Below, piece by piece: positions 28,654-39,600 of a stretch of DNA of 64,000 nucleotides (the stretch's first letter is position 1; each line of letters opens with the position of its first letter). The translations under genes and the position numbers were made by a program. This stretch comes from Candidatus Kerfeldbacteria bacterium. Its GTDB lineage: Bacteria > Patescibacteriota > Patescibacteriia > UBA9570 > XYC2-FULL-38-9. The notes under the pieces are model-generated. The model was given only the letters and a program-made list of their open reading frames with translations, was not told the DNA's origin and searched no databases. The stretch lies in NCBI GenBank assembly GCA_016182555.1, contig JACPGJ010000008.1, positions 299,147-363,146 of the forward strand, written 5' to 3'.

Positions 28654-31600
28654 TTATTCTACCGTCACCGACTTGGCTAAATTGCGAGGTTGATCAACAT
28701 CATGGCCACGCAATACCGCCACATGATAGGCAAATAACTGCAATGGAATAATCGACAACATCGGTGTCAACATTTCTAATGTTTTGGGAATATATATCAC
28801 ATCATCTGCTAGTGCCTGCATTTCCGTATTCCCTTCTGTCGTAATCACTAAGACGCGTCCGTGGCGTGCTTTAAATTCTTGAATATTCGAAATATTTTTC
28901 TGATATACAGAATCTTCTGGTGCAATAAAAATAGAATAAAATCGATCATCAATTAACGCCAATGCACCATGTTTGGGTTCGCCGGCAGGATACCCTTCTG
29001 CATGCACATACGAAATTTCTTTCAACTTATGCGCCCCTTCCACTGCCACAGGGTAATTGTATTTTCGTCCAAGAAATAGTGCGTGATCATACGACGAATA
29101 TTTTTTCGCCATTTCTGCAATGTTGTCTGATTGTTGAAAAATGGTTTGCATTTTTTCTGGAATACCCATCAATTCTTTCGCAATGCGTTGACCGGTCACA
29201 AGTGACATATTTCGTTGACGCCCAAGCGCAAGTGTAAGTAATGCAAACATATTTAGCATACCAGTAAACACCTTTGTAGATGCAACTGCTTTTTCTGGAC
29301 CAGAATGAATATACATACCAGCATCAACTTCACGCGCAATAGTGGAACCAATCACATTCACAAGCCCAAAAGTGAATACCCCTCGTCGTTTTGCTTCTCG
29401 AAGTGAAGCAATCGTATCTGCTGTTTCACCGGATTGCGACACCAGCACCACTGCCGTTTTCTCATCCAAAACAGGTTTACGATAACGAAATTCTGAACCA
29501 AATTCAACCTCAACAGGAATTTCTGCATATTCTTCTAACATATATTCTCCTACTTTTGAAGCATACGAAGCCGTGCCGCAGGCAACAATAATAATCCGTT
29601 CAATATTCTTCCATCTTTTGATATTCTCATTAAATCCACCCAAATGCGCAATGCCATCTTCTTCAATCAAACGCCCACGCAATCCATTCAAGATAACCTC
29701 TGGCTGTTCAAGCATCTCTTTGAGCATAAAGTGTTCGTGGCCATTTTTTTCTGCTTGTGCCGCTGTCCATTCCACTCGACTCACTGGGTGTTCAATATGT
29801 TGCTGATCAAGCGTAGTGATTGTATATCCATCGCGCGTTACGGTGACCATTTCTGCTTCTTCCAAATACACTACCTCACGCGTGTGGGGTAAAATGGCAG
29901 AGAGATCTGAGGCAACAATGTATTCACCCACGTTCACAATACCAAGAATAAGAGGGCTGCCCAGGCGAGCGGCGACAATTTTATTTGGTTCACGTGAAGA
30001 AAACACTGCTAAACCATATGTACCTACCACCTCTTTGAGTGCACGACTCACGGCTTGCTCCAGCGAACATTTTTTGTAATACGCTTCTATAAGATGCGCT
30101 AGTACCTCGGTGTCTGTTGCGGTTTTAAATGTATGTTTCTCTTGAATGAGTCGCTGCTTGAGTTTGGAAAAATTTTCAATGATGCCATTGTGAATAATAA
30201 AAATTTCATCGCCGCAATCGGAATGCGGATGCGCGTTTGTGTCATTCGGTTCACCGTGAGTTGCCCACCGGGAATTGTGCGAAACTAAACCATTGGCAAT
30301 AAAATTTTCTGTTCCACTCACTTCTAAATCATAAACGTACGGAAATGTACTTCTCACTGTTTGAACTTCGGTAACTTTTTGAAATACAAGCTCCCCAGTA
30401 AATAACTGTTGTAATTGCTGAATGTAGGGGTGTGCACTCTGTTGAACAGACAGTAATTGAAAAAACTGTTCTATCGTACCTCGAGATGGGCTGCCCTTTC
30501 CATGCAATTGTCTATATGCTGCCCCACGAATACCAATTTTTTTTAATTGAGTGGCGATCTCTGTTTTATCCCACGGAAGCATAGCGTACGAGTTCGTCAC
30601 GTTCATAGCCGATTTTTGTTCTAACACTCGTTGTAATTTTTTTTGCTTCTCCGGTGCGGTGAATCCAATCTCTTTATGAAAACGTGTAATAGAATCCGCA
30701 CCACTCATGCTTACTATATACGTTGCATGCGGTCGTTTCTGCTGAATATTCTTTTTCTGAATACAGACTGAACTCATCATACCGAAACGTAATAACCACT
30801 GTTGAATTCTTCCAACAAAATCTCCATCAATCATTGCAAGAGAAACTTGACCAGCTCGAACACGAATCGTTCCTTCCGCATCAAAAATGCCTCGTAAAAA
30901 CTTGCGCAATTCTCGATCTGGTAATTGCCCAATTTCATCATAAAATGCACGTCGTCTCTCAAGAATATTTGTTTTGAGCCATGCCACCACTTCTGTACTA
31001 TTCACCTCTAATAAAAATGCAGCTACTCCTTTGAGCGGCACTATTCTTCCCGTAATACCAAATACGGTTTTTATCAATTCTCTATACTGCTCGAGAACAG
31101 CTTTTCGTGTATCTTTAAAACGCACACACCGCTCATGCGCATGGCCATCACCAATAAAATATCCTAAAATTTGCATCAATTCAGAGGATGATCGTCTTGG
31201 TAACTGCACAAAATTTCCATGAATACTATTCACTGGAGTCATGCCTTCCAGCGGAAAGGGCAAACTCAAGGTTTTTAAAAAGCGGCGCGTGGAATATTCT
31301 TGTGCATGTCTTTCTTGTCGTAAAAAATGATAAATGAAGGAGCTGGATATACCAGAAACATTTGCCAACCCACGTACATTTATCTCTTGCTGTGCCATTG
31401 TATTACGAACAACCTCTATTGTTTTTGATGTCAGTTGCCAATATCGCTGTGGTTCTTGGCATATAAAAGATATTTTTTGCCCGCGCAGAGATATTTTTTT
31501 TGGTGCACACAGAATATCCCCGGGTTGAATATCACGGGCATACTTTTCTTCTATATGACCATCACGAACAATAAGCATGCGATGATTCTCTGTAGAAGTA

Positions 31601-32007
31601 AATCTGCTGACAGAAGTACGAATTTGAAAAAGCTGCTCTGGAGCCGGATGCTTAAATAGGCGTGCCTTTTTTTTAATAAATTGATTTGTTGTTGTATCCA
31701 ATGAGAGGACATCTGCTTTCTCTGGCATATCTGCAATTTTCATCACCCGCCCGTTTGCTAATTGTATTAACGTATCTGGAACAAGGCAATGCGCAACGCC
31801 CACCGTTCCTTGCACCAAGTGCGTGTCCAACAACTCTTTTAAATTTCCAAGCTTTCCGGCCTTTTTATAGAGGTGCACCTTGCTGTTCTGTGTATCCATA
31901 ATAGCCAAACCCGCTGAATCGTAACCTCTGTATTCCATCCGCTTCAAGCCTTCAAGCAAAATAGGTTTTGCCTCTTGTTTTCCAATATAACCAATGATTC
32001 CACACAT
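28654..32007 (-). CDS. glmS: Glutamine--fructose-6-phosphate aminotransferase (GlmS) interrupted by a 505-aa intein with LAGLIDADG endonuclease domain
   Basis: N-term MCGIIGY (Cys1 nucleophile) ... GVAH | CLVPDTL...LVSHN | SRWATHG. Extein halves reconstitute the GlmS glutaminase motif; SIS domains and C-terminal ...VTVE present. Intein ~30274..31788 with LGYFIGDGHA and LRGIFDAEGT motifs. Confidence 0.93.
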   Translation of the reverse strand: MCGIIGYIGKQEAKPILLEGLKRMEYRGYDSAGLAIMDTQNSKVHLYKKAGKLGNLKELLDTHLVQGTVGVAHCLVPDTLIQLANGRVMKIADMPEKADVLSLDTTTNQFIKKKARLFKHPAPEQLFQIRTSVSRFTSTENHRMLIVRDGHIEEKYARDIQPGDILCAPKKISLRGQKISFICQEPQRYWQLTSKTIEVVRNTMAQQEINVRGLANVSGISSSFIYHFLRQERHAQEYSTRRFLKTLSLPFPLEGMTPVNSIHGNFVQLPRRSSSELMQILGYFIGDGHAHERCVRFKDTRKAVLEQYRELIKTVFGITGRIVPLKGVAAFLLEVNSTEVVAWLKTNILERRRAFYDEIGQLPDRELRKFLRGIFDAEGTIRVRAGQVSLAMIDGDFVGRIQQWLLRFGMMSSVCIQKKNIQQKRPHATYIVSMSGADSITRFHKEIGFTAPEKQKKLQRVLEQKSAMNVTNSYAMLPWDKTEIATQLKKIGIRGAAYRQLHGKGSPSRGTIEQFFQLLSVQQSAHPYIQQLQQLFTGELVFQKVTEVQTVRSTFPYVYDLEVSGTENFIANGLVSHNSRWATHGEPNDTNAHPHSDCGDEIFIIHNGIIENFSKLKQRLIQEKHTFKTATDTEVLAHLIEAYYKKCSLEQAVSRALKEVVGTYGLAVFSSREPNKIVAARLGSPLILGIVNVGEYIVASDLSAILPHTREVVYLEEAEMVTVTRDGYTITTLDQQHIEHPVSRVEWTAAQAEKNGHEHFMLKEMLEQPEVILNGLRGRLIEEDGIAHLGGFNENIKRWKNIERIIIVACGTASYASKVGEYMLEEYAEIPVEVEFGSEFRYRKPVLDEKTAVVLVSQSGETADTIASLREAKRRGVFTFGLVNVIGSTIAREVDAGMYIHSGPEKAVASTKVFTGMLNMFALLTLALGRQRNMSLVTGQRIAKELMGIPEKMQTIFQQSDNIAEMAKKYSSYDHALFLGRKYNYPVAVEGAHKLKEISYVHAEGYPAGEPKHGALALIDDRFYSIFIAPEDSVYQKNISNIQEFKARHGRVLVITTEGNTEMQALADDVIYIPKTLEMLTPMLSIIPLQLFAYHVAVLRGHDVDQPRNLAKSVTVE
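30274..31788 (-). mobile_element. GlmS intein (Cys1 ... His-Asn, +1 Ser) with double-LAGLIDADG homing endonuclease domain
   Basis: Residues 74-578 of the ORF; codons verified manually at both junctions (tgc at 31786-31788; aat/tcc at 30271-30276). Confidence 0.85.
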
Positions 32008-32113
32008 AGATAAAATATCAATTTTAATTCACCTATTCTAGCAGCTTTACAGTTGAGGAGCAAAATTGGTACACTAAAAAATAATCACCAGGAGTACGCT
32101 ATAAAAATACGCT

Positions 32114-33325
32114 ATGCAGCCTGAAACACACTATCCCACAACCCAACAAGGAGTCGTTTTTGTATCTCTCAATACCGTTCGTTGTATGCAAAAATCGATT
32201 CGACCACTCAGGGATAATGAAATTTTAGTACAGATAGAATTAGCGGGCATTTGTGGTGCGGAATCTCGTGCAATTAAAGGTGGGAAAAAAGGTGTAAATG
32301 CTACTAGTGTCAAATCAGGGATTATTTTAGGTCATGAAGGCGTCGGGATTATTCATGCAATAGGTTCTGCTGTTTCCCATTATGCGATTGGTGATCGAGT
32401 AGCTATCCTCTCCCATGTACCTTGTGGAAATTGTACTTCTTGTACACAAGGCCATACGAATCGATGCCTAAAATTGGAACATATCGGCTTTACTAGAGAT
32501 GGCAGCGCTGCGGAATACATTATTCTTCCGGCTCAACATCCAACCATTATGAAAATTCCACATGATATTCCTGCAAAAATTGGAACACTCATAGAACCAC
32601 TATCCTGTGTACTCCATGGATTGCGACGCCTACATCCAGATTATTTTTATGCCCTCCATCAAAAACAGGTGCTCATTTTAGGAGCAGGACCGATTGGGAT
32701 GATTTGGGCACTTTTTGGATTGTCGAATGGAGCAACATCTATTACGATTGTTGATCCACAAAAAAATATTGATCTGATATACAAAGCTATTCCCCATATC
32801 TACAAAAATCGTGTTCACGTGTTATCTTCAATAGAGCATGTGCCAAAGAATTCTGTTGATACAGCAATCATAGCAAACTCTGATCCACAATCAGCGTCTC
32901 TATTACCTCCATACCTCACGCAGGAATCAGAAATCGTTTCTTTTGCTGGATTAAATGGATATTCACCAAAATTACAATCAGATGGCACCTATGGTTTTGA
33001 TCTAGATACAGATACATGGCAGTCACTCAACCCAATACTTCTCTCTGAAGTGCATTATAAAGAAATTCGCCATGCGATATTTTTAGACAATACGAAAATC
33101 ATTTATCTCGTGGGGTCATCGGGTTATACCATTGACGATGCAGAAATGGTATTGAAATTATTCATTAAGAAACCAAATCTTTATGAGTTATTTACTCCTA
33201 TAATCACCCATGAACTCAACCTTCGTGAAGCAGCAGAGGTCTATAGTCATTTTGGAGATCATGCTCAACTCTCACAAGGCACCTATAATGCAGATCAAGC
33301 AATACAAATGATTATTCGCCCATAA
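32114..33325 (+). CDS. Zinc-dependent medium-chain dehydrogenase (threonine/sorbitol dehydrogenase-like) with C-terminal extension
   Basis: GHEGVGIIHAIG, structural-Zn CGNCTSCTQGHTNRC, Rossmann LILGAGPIGM. Apart from the partial LCP gene at the right-hand edge, the only complete plus-strand CDS in the window. Confidence 0.8.
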   Translation: MQPETHYPTTQQGVVFVSLNTVRCMQKSIRPLRDNEILVQIELAGICGAESRAIKGGKKGVNATSVKSGIILGHEGVGIIHAIGSAVSHYAIGDRVAILSHVPCGNCTSCTQGHTNRCLKLEHIGFTRDGSAAEYIILPAQHPTIMKIPHDIPAKIGTLIEPLSCVLHGLRRLHPDYFYALHQKQVLILGAGPIGMIWALFGLSNGATSITIVDPQKNIDLIYKAIPHIYKNRVHVLSSIEHVPKNSVDTAIIANSDPQSASLLPPYLTQESEIVSFAGLNGYSPKLQSDGTYGFDLDTDTWQSLNPILLSEVHYKEIRHAIFLDNTKIIYLVGSSGYTIDDAEMVLKLFIKKPNLYELFTPIITHELNLREAAEVYSHFGDHAQLSQGTYNADQAIQMIIRP

Positions 33326-33336
33326 AAAACCTTGTG

Positions 33337-34443
33337 CTAACGATTGTTCTGTTCCTGTTTCCAGCGCAAATAGGCTTCCATAAAGGGTTGTAGGTCGCCA
33401 TTGAGTACGCGGTCCGGGTTATTGGATTCATGCTCGCTGCGATGATCTTTCACCAATTTATACGGATGCAACACGTATGAACGAATTTGGTTCCCCCACT
33501 CGGCTGAAGAATATTCACCGCGCAACTTGCGTTTCTCCGTTTCTTGTTCTTCACGGTACAATTTATGCAATTTCGATTTCAAAATTTTCATGGCCGAAGC
33601 TTTATTCTGGTGCTGCGATTTTTCATTTTGGCAACTCACGGTAATACCCGTGGGAATATGGACAATACGCACGGCTGAGTCGGTGGTATTCACACTCTGC
33701 CCACCGTTACCACCGGCACGAAACACATCAATACGCAAATCTTGAGGGGCAATTTCGATTTCCGCAATGTCGCCTAAATCTGGAATCACTTCCATAAGCG
33801 CAAAACTGGTATGTCGCATTTGTTCGGCATCAAACGGTGAAATGCGCACTAACCGATGCACACCATTTTCTGATTGCAAATAGCCGTATGCATACCGTCC
33901 GGCAATATGCAGTGTCACACTTTTTACCCCCGCTTCTCCACCGCGTGACAAATCTAACACCTGCACGCGCCAACCACGCTGTTCACAAAAACGTGTCATC
34001 ATCCGTAACAACATCTCTGCCCAATCTTGCGCATCTACTCCGCCTGCGCCTGCATGAATCGATACAATGGCATCATGTGCATCATATTCACCGCTGAGCA
34101 TGATATAAAATTCTAACTCTTCAAAGCGCTGTTGTAATTCGAGAACTTTTTTCTCAATATCTGCTTGCAATGATTCATCGTGTTCCTCTTCTGCAATCGC
34201 GACCAATGCAAGCGTATCCTCTACTTCTGTTTTAATCTTCTCCCATGTATCTAATTCTTGTCGAAGATCATTCAGCTCTTGCGAAACCGCACGCGCCTGC
34301 TCTTGATTATTCCAAAACGCTGGCTCCAATGTTTTCCCTTCCAAATCCAAAATCCGCTGCCGTGTTTCGTCTAGTCGCAACAACTTCCACGTATCTATAA
34401 TTTTTTGCTGCAATTCCTGCAACTGTTCAAACGATGATGCCAT
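33337..34443 (-). CDS. prfB: Peptide chain release factor 2
   Basis: SPF tripeptide (RISPFDA) and GGQ motif (RAGGNGGQSVNTTDSAVRIVHIPTGI); uninterrupted 368-aa frame with no +1 frameshift site. Confidence 0.92.
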   Translation of the reverse strand: MASSFEQLQELQQKIIDTWKLLRLDETRQRILDLEGKTLEPAFWNNQEQARAVSQELNDLRQELDTWEKIKTEVEDTLALVAIAEEEHDESLQADIEKKVLELQQRFEELEFYIMLSGEYDAHDAIVSIHAGAGGVDAQDWAEMLLRMMTRFCEQRGWRVQVLDLSRGGEAGVKSVTLHIAGRYAYGYLQSENGVHRLVRISPFDAEQMRHTSFALMEVIPDLGDIAEIEIAPQDLRIDVFRAGGNGGQSVNTTDSAVRIVHIPTGITVSCQNEKSQHQNKASAMKILKSKLHKLYREEQETEKRKLRGEYSSAEWGNQIRSYVLHPYKLVKDHRSEHESNNPDRVLNGDLQPFMEAYLRWKQEQNNR

Positions 34444-34475
34444 ACTGGGCTATCCTAGCAAATCTTTCCGGAGTA

Positions 34476-34503
34476 TAAAAGAGGGGCGTGTTTACACCCC
34501 TCT
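34476..34503 (-). terminator. Intrinsic terminator downstream of htrA (minus strand)
   Basis: 7-bp stem agagggg/cccctct, 10-nt loop, followed on minus strand by TTTTATACT. Confidence 0.6.
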
Positions 34504-34522
34504 CCAGCTTAACCGAAATGTG

Positions 34523-35827
34523 CTATTGCGCCTCTTCCGGTAATTCTTCTAATGTCACAGTCATCGTTTTTTCCTGGCCATCAGTAAATACTTTTATTTT
34601 CACCGTATCACCAACAACGTGGTCTTTAATCAGACTCGCCAACGAATGATCTTCATCCACTTTCGTTCCATCAACTTCGAGAATAATATCCCCTTCTTTC
34701 AAACCTGCTTTGTCTGCCGCGCTCTCTGGAATAACACCAGGTTCTTTCTGCGACCCTTTAATATAGGCGCCATAATCGTAGAGTAAATGGTTCACCTGGG
34801 CGACTTCAGGAGTAATTTGAACATAGCGAATACCAAGACCAGGGTGAATAATGCGACCATTTTTCTGAACACTATCGATAGCTGATTTTGCTTCGTTAAT
34901 CGCAATCGCAAACCCAATCCCTTCACCAGATCGATCCACGGCGGTGTTAATACCAATCACTTGTCCATTGATATTAATAAGCGGCCCACCAGAATTCCCT
35001 TGGTTAATTGCGGCATCAGTTTGAATTAAGCCACTATATTCACCACCCAAGTTACGGCTCAAACCGGAAACGATTCCTTTAGTGACGGTATTACTATATT
35101 CACCGAGTGTATTGCCAATAGCAATAACGGTATCACCAACAGCGGCTTGGTCAGAATCCGCTAATTCCAGGGGCGTTAACCCCATCGCATCAATTTTGAG
35201 AAGCGCTAAATCGGTAAGAGCATCGCGCGCTAAAATCTTTGCATCGTAACTCGTGGCGTCATCAAAAATAACCGTGTACTGCGCGTCATCAATATTCACC
35301 ACATGACGGTTGGTCAGAATCATACCATCGGCGGAAACCACAAACCCGCTTCCTTCTTGCACTTCAATTTCTTTATTTACATCATCTTCAAATGGCGTAT
35401 TTTGGTCAAATAGATTTCCACCATTGCCAAAAAATTGATTAAAAAATGGATCATTCTGAAATGGGCTCACGGAATTTTGTGACTGCAGCTTACTCGCTTT
35501 TTCACTCACCACAATGCTGACCACGGATGGTTTGGATTTTTCCACCACACTCTTCGTGGCGGATTCTTCTTGCACCTGAATGGTGTTCACGGTTTTTGAA
35601 ATTGGAGTAGAAGTTGCCTGACGGGATGCATACAGTTTCGTGAAACCGGGAATACGGTCAAGAATACCTGCATTATACAAAAAGAAAAAGAGCGCTGCGC
35701 CAAGCATACCAACAATCAATGATCTAAAGAGTCCACGACCTGATTGTGATGGATATTGATAGGAGCGTACCTCTGGTGGTTGGAGTGGTTCCATAAAATA
35801 GAAATTACTTATCCTGCTCATCGACAA
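34523..35827 (-). CDS. htrA: HtrA/DegP-family serine protease with PDZ domain
   Basis: TM anchor, catalytic triad context (TNRHVV, DLALLK, GNSGGPLININGQVIGINTA), C-terminal PDZ. Confidence 0.92.
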   Translation of the reverse strand: MSMSRISNFYFMEPLQPPEVRSYQYPSQSGRGLFRSLIVGMLGAALFFFLYNAGILDRIPGFTKLYASRQATSTPISKTVNTIQVQEESATKSVVEKSKPSVVSIVVSEKASKLQSQNSVSPFQNDPFFNQFFGNGGNLFDQNTPFEDDVNKEIEVQEGSGFVVSADGMILTNRHVVNIDDAQYTVIFDDATSYDAKILARDALTDLALLKIDAMGLTPLELADSDQAAVGDTVIAIGNTLGEYSNTVTKGIVSGLSRNLGGEYSGLIQTDAAINQGNSGGPLININGQVIGINTAVDRSGEGIGFAIAINEAKSAIDSVQKNGRIIHPGLGIRYVQITPEVAQVNHLLYDYGAYIKGSQKEPGVIPESAADKAGLKEGDIILEVDGTKVDEDHSLASLIKDHVVGDTVKIKVFTDGQEKTMTVTLEELPEEAQ

Positions 35828-36026
35828 CGGCTTGTAAATCAGCCACCATCAAATTCGCCACTTCATCTGGTAAGCCATGGAGTAATACGCCATTGCCAAT
35901 GGTATCAAACATTTTTCCTGGGCAGCTTAAACAATACGCTTCACCAAGGTATTTTTTCAATACCTCTTCAGATGCTGGATATTCTTCTAAAATTTCACCA
36001 AAAATAGTATCAAGTGTGACTTTCAT
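35805..36026 (-). CDS. DUF1858-like small redox protein (hybrid-cluster-protein-associated disulfide domain)
   Basis: Start taken at MKVTLDTIFGEILEEYP; CLSCPG motif; 74 aa. Confidence 0.5.
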   Translation of the reverse strand: MKVTLDTIFGEILEEYPASEEVLKKYLGEAYCLSCPGKMFDTIGNGVLLHGLPDEVANLMVADLQAVVDEQDK

Positions 36027-36048
36027 ACAATAGAGACTACGAAAGCAC

Positions 36049-36645
36049 TTATTCTTTTGTGACAATCGCTTGCGCGCGCAGTATCGCCGCCTGTCGCCGA
36101 TCTGCCAAAAACACCGGTAATGCATTCCACACTGTCAACGCCACAATAGAAACTGATGGCACAATGATGAGCGTACTGATGAATTGATATTTCAGAAATG
36201 GGAGGCCCATGATATATGATTGTGCTAAACCATTCAGCGTATGTGGATACAACCCACCAATATGCCACACACCAAAGTTGGTCAAAAGGTAAAAGAAGAC
36301 GTTTCCTAATATGCCCATACCCGTCAATGCCAAGGCATGGCGGAACGGTTTCTTCTCACGTTTCCGCAACACCCAACCAAACACACCCATCGCTGTCCAC
36401 GCTGACCACGTGTAGAGCAGAATGCTCGTATTGCCAATAAGCATATCGGTCGTGGCAACCACGGCCAAACCAACAACAAGAGTCCACACACCACCAAGCA
36501 GTGATCCCGCCAACAGTGAAACAACCGTAATTGTTTCAATATTGGGGATATCTTTTAGCAGATAGCGGCCCACGGCTCCAAACAGGATAAGTATCGCCAC
36601 GGTGATGAGTTTTTTTTTCGTAAACTGTTCTGGGGATATACGCAT
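36049..36645 (-). CDS. Hypothetical polytopic membrane protein (ECF-transporter S-component-like)
   Basis: 198 aa, 5-6 TM, no diagnostic motif. Confidence 0.35.
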   Translation of the reverse strand: MRISPEQFTKKKLITVAILILFGAVGRYLLKDIPNIETITVVSLLAGSLLGGVWTLVVGLAVVATTDMLIGNTSILLYTWSAWTAMGVFGWVLRKREKKPFRHALALTGMGILGNVFFYLLTNFGVWHIGGLYPHTLNGLAQSYIMGLPFLKYQFISTLIIVPSVSIVALTVWNALPVFLADRRQAAILRAQAIVTKE

Positions 36646-36680
36646 AGAGTAAAAATTATCTAGAAACTATTGTATCATAG

Positions 36681-39600
36681 TTACGCACATTTCGAATAGC
36701 CGCATCCATGGCACATCATGCATCCTTCAGCCATAGCGAGTACTGATCCGCACTCTGGGCATTCTGGTGCCACTCCGGCATCAGCAATAGAACTCGCTTT
36801 CATCGAAATGGTTGTTTGATGGGTGGTTGCCGTATCTGTTTGCGTGACGGTTACGGATTCTTGCGTTTTCACTGGGCTACTGTTGCCTAATAATTCATCT
36901 GCTGTTTGCAATGGTGCTGGCGTCGCGGCAAACTGTAAATTCAACGTGCCTTGAGCAGAATTCACATGGTTAGCCAGTACCTGAGCAATCGCATCAGCAA
37001 TCGAGAGAATTTGACCATTCTTTCCCCACGTTGGTGCTGGGCCACGAATACCTTTAATTTGATCTACCACTGTTTCTACTGGAATACCAGAACGCAATGC
37101 CAAAGAAACTAAACGGCAGATCGCTTCTGATTTCGCGGCAAAAAACCCGCCCGATTTTCCAATAGTCGCAAACACCTCAAATGGTCGGCCAGCTTCATCG
37201 TGGTTAATAGTCACGAACATTGTACCGTAACCGGTTTTAATTTTATAGGTGAATCCAGGCACCATCTCTGGGCGAGAACGTGGTGATGGAGGTGTTAAAC
37301 CAGGCCCCGTGTTCATTGGTTGGGCAACTGCAGGTGCTGCAGCAGCGAATTGAGCGGGAACCGCTGTTTGTACCTCTTCTTTTTTCACTTCTTTTTTATC
37401 ACCAGCATCTTTTTTATCTAAAGATTCCAATACAGAAATATCACGAGAGCCATCACGATAATAGGTCACCCCTTTGCATCCCATTTTGTACGCTTGCATA
37501 TACAATTCTTTCACCTGTTCCATGGTATGTTCATTTGGCGCGTTCACCGTTTTGGAAATAGATGAATCAGTATATTTTTGTGCCACAGCTTGCATGTTCA
37601 CGTGTTCCATTGGACTCAGCTCCTTGGCACTCACAAAATATGCTGGTTTTTCTTCTTCTGGCACATTCGGGTGTGCTTTTCGCCACTCTTCATATAATGG
37701 ATGGTAGACAATATGTTCTCCTAAACGATCTTTCCGTTTGAAAGCAAAATCATATACCGGTTCAATACCAGAACTGACGCCGGCAAGAATACTCGTTGTA
37801 CCAGTTGGTGCTTGGGTAAGAATCACCGCATTACGCACGCCGAATTGTGCAATATCGGCTTGTAAGTCGCGCGGTAAACGTTGAATAAACTTCCCTTGCA
37901 TATATTTTTCGCTTTCAAAACCGGGAAACGCTCCTTTCTCTTTCGCAATTTCCATAGACATGCGGTAGGATTCATCGCGAATCACCCGATAGACCTCTTC
38001 ACACCATGCGACAGCTTCTTCTGATCCATAACGAATCTTCATTTTAATGAGCGCATCGCCCAAACCCATGGTACCCAAACCGGTACGACGAATTTTTTTC
38101 TGCATCTCTTCATTTTCTTTGAAGAAGTACGGAGTTGAATCAATCACGTTATCTAAGAAGCGAATCGCCGTGTGCACTGTTTCTTTGAGCGCAGCGGTAT
38201 CAAAGACCCCATCGTTCACAAATGCTGCCAAATTCACCGCACCCAAATTACACACACTCCATGCGCCAAGACCTTGTTCCCCACAATTGTGCACTATTAA
38301 CCCATTGGCTGCAAAAGAATGTGTCACTGGTTCTGTCAGATCATACACCATTTCCTGACCAAGATGCTCTAACCCGACAAATGTCGCTACAAATTTTTGT
38401 GTATATGGCCCATCGGTATATTGACTAAGTAATTTTGTTAGCTTTTGTTGTTTTGCAGATGATAAAAATCCTACGGATGTAGCAAATATCTTCAACCCGG
38501 CCTTGCTAATCACCAAATCATGTTGCGCCTGACAAGGATATGATGCTAATCCACCGCGACCATCGGGCAGTTCTCGCACTTGTTCCATGCGCCGATTCGC
38601 ATACAAACGACTCACGATACCAAAATTTAACAGTAATTGTTGCACTTCTTTCAATAGATCTTCTGAAATAGAAGTGAGCCGAATACTCACACCTTTTTCT
38701 GGTGAACCAGCGACATGTCCATCGGCAGTAAACAACCCTTGCAAAAATCCCTTCTGCATTTCTGCTGTGCCTTCCCATACTGGTTGTGGCACACGCAACT
38801 TCGATTCTACCGTCATCCCTACGTTAGTGAATATCTGATTCAACCGTTGGGATGAAATCCGAGCTTCATCACGGCCGGCAACTTCGGCAACAGTCACCGC
38901 AACAGATGAATGTTTGCCATTGGTATTGTTGGTTGAAGCGTTAATCGCACCATTAACGGCTTGAACAAGCCGCGGTGCTACTTCTCGTTTTTCTTCACCA
39001 AAAAATGACAGTACCGCCGTATGCTTAGATTGATTAAAATGACCATCACCGATAAACCAGCCTAACACTTGACCCCAAGATTGATCACCGGTGGTCCCAA
39101 AACCGCCAACGCGATCAAGTAATAATATCTGATCACCTGTTTGCAAATGCTGCGCTTCTACCCAACCACGTGCTGTGCGTACTTGATGATTGGCCGTCAG
39201 TTTGAGTTCATATCCTTCTTTGGTTTGTAATCGATACACATCTTTGATGCCCGTTTCAATAATTTGCGATGTGCGCTCCGTTGACTGTGCACCCAAACGA
39301 CTATCAATAGTCAAGTTCACTTGCTGTTGCGCCTCGTATAATGCTTTGATCGTTTTGAGCCCGTCGGTCGTTGAAACACGCGTATCGCCCGTGACGCACG
39401 GATTCACACAAATAATTTTTTCAAAATACCACGTATTTGATTCCTTGTTATAACGCTCCATAAACACCAAGCCCGGCTCACCAGATGCATGAGCAGATTC
39501 GCAAATCAAATCCCACAATGTGCGGGCTTTGATTGTTTTATAGACTTTACCTCCCCATTTTAAATCCCAATCTCCGTTCTGTTCCACGGCTTCCATGAAC

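Noticed and set aside
32008-32113. Possible glmS ribozyme upstream of glmS
   Set aside because: The gap is only 106 nt and is shared with the divergent dehydrogenase promoter. That is too short for the ~170-nt ribozyme core, and no conserved ribozyme blocks were seen.
33337-34443. Looked for the programmed +1 frameshift site (CTT TGA C) typical of prfB
   Set aside because: The RF2 frame is continuous from MASSFEQLQ... through the GGQ domain with no internal stop, so this gene lacks the frameshift.
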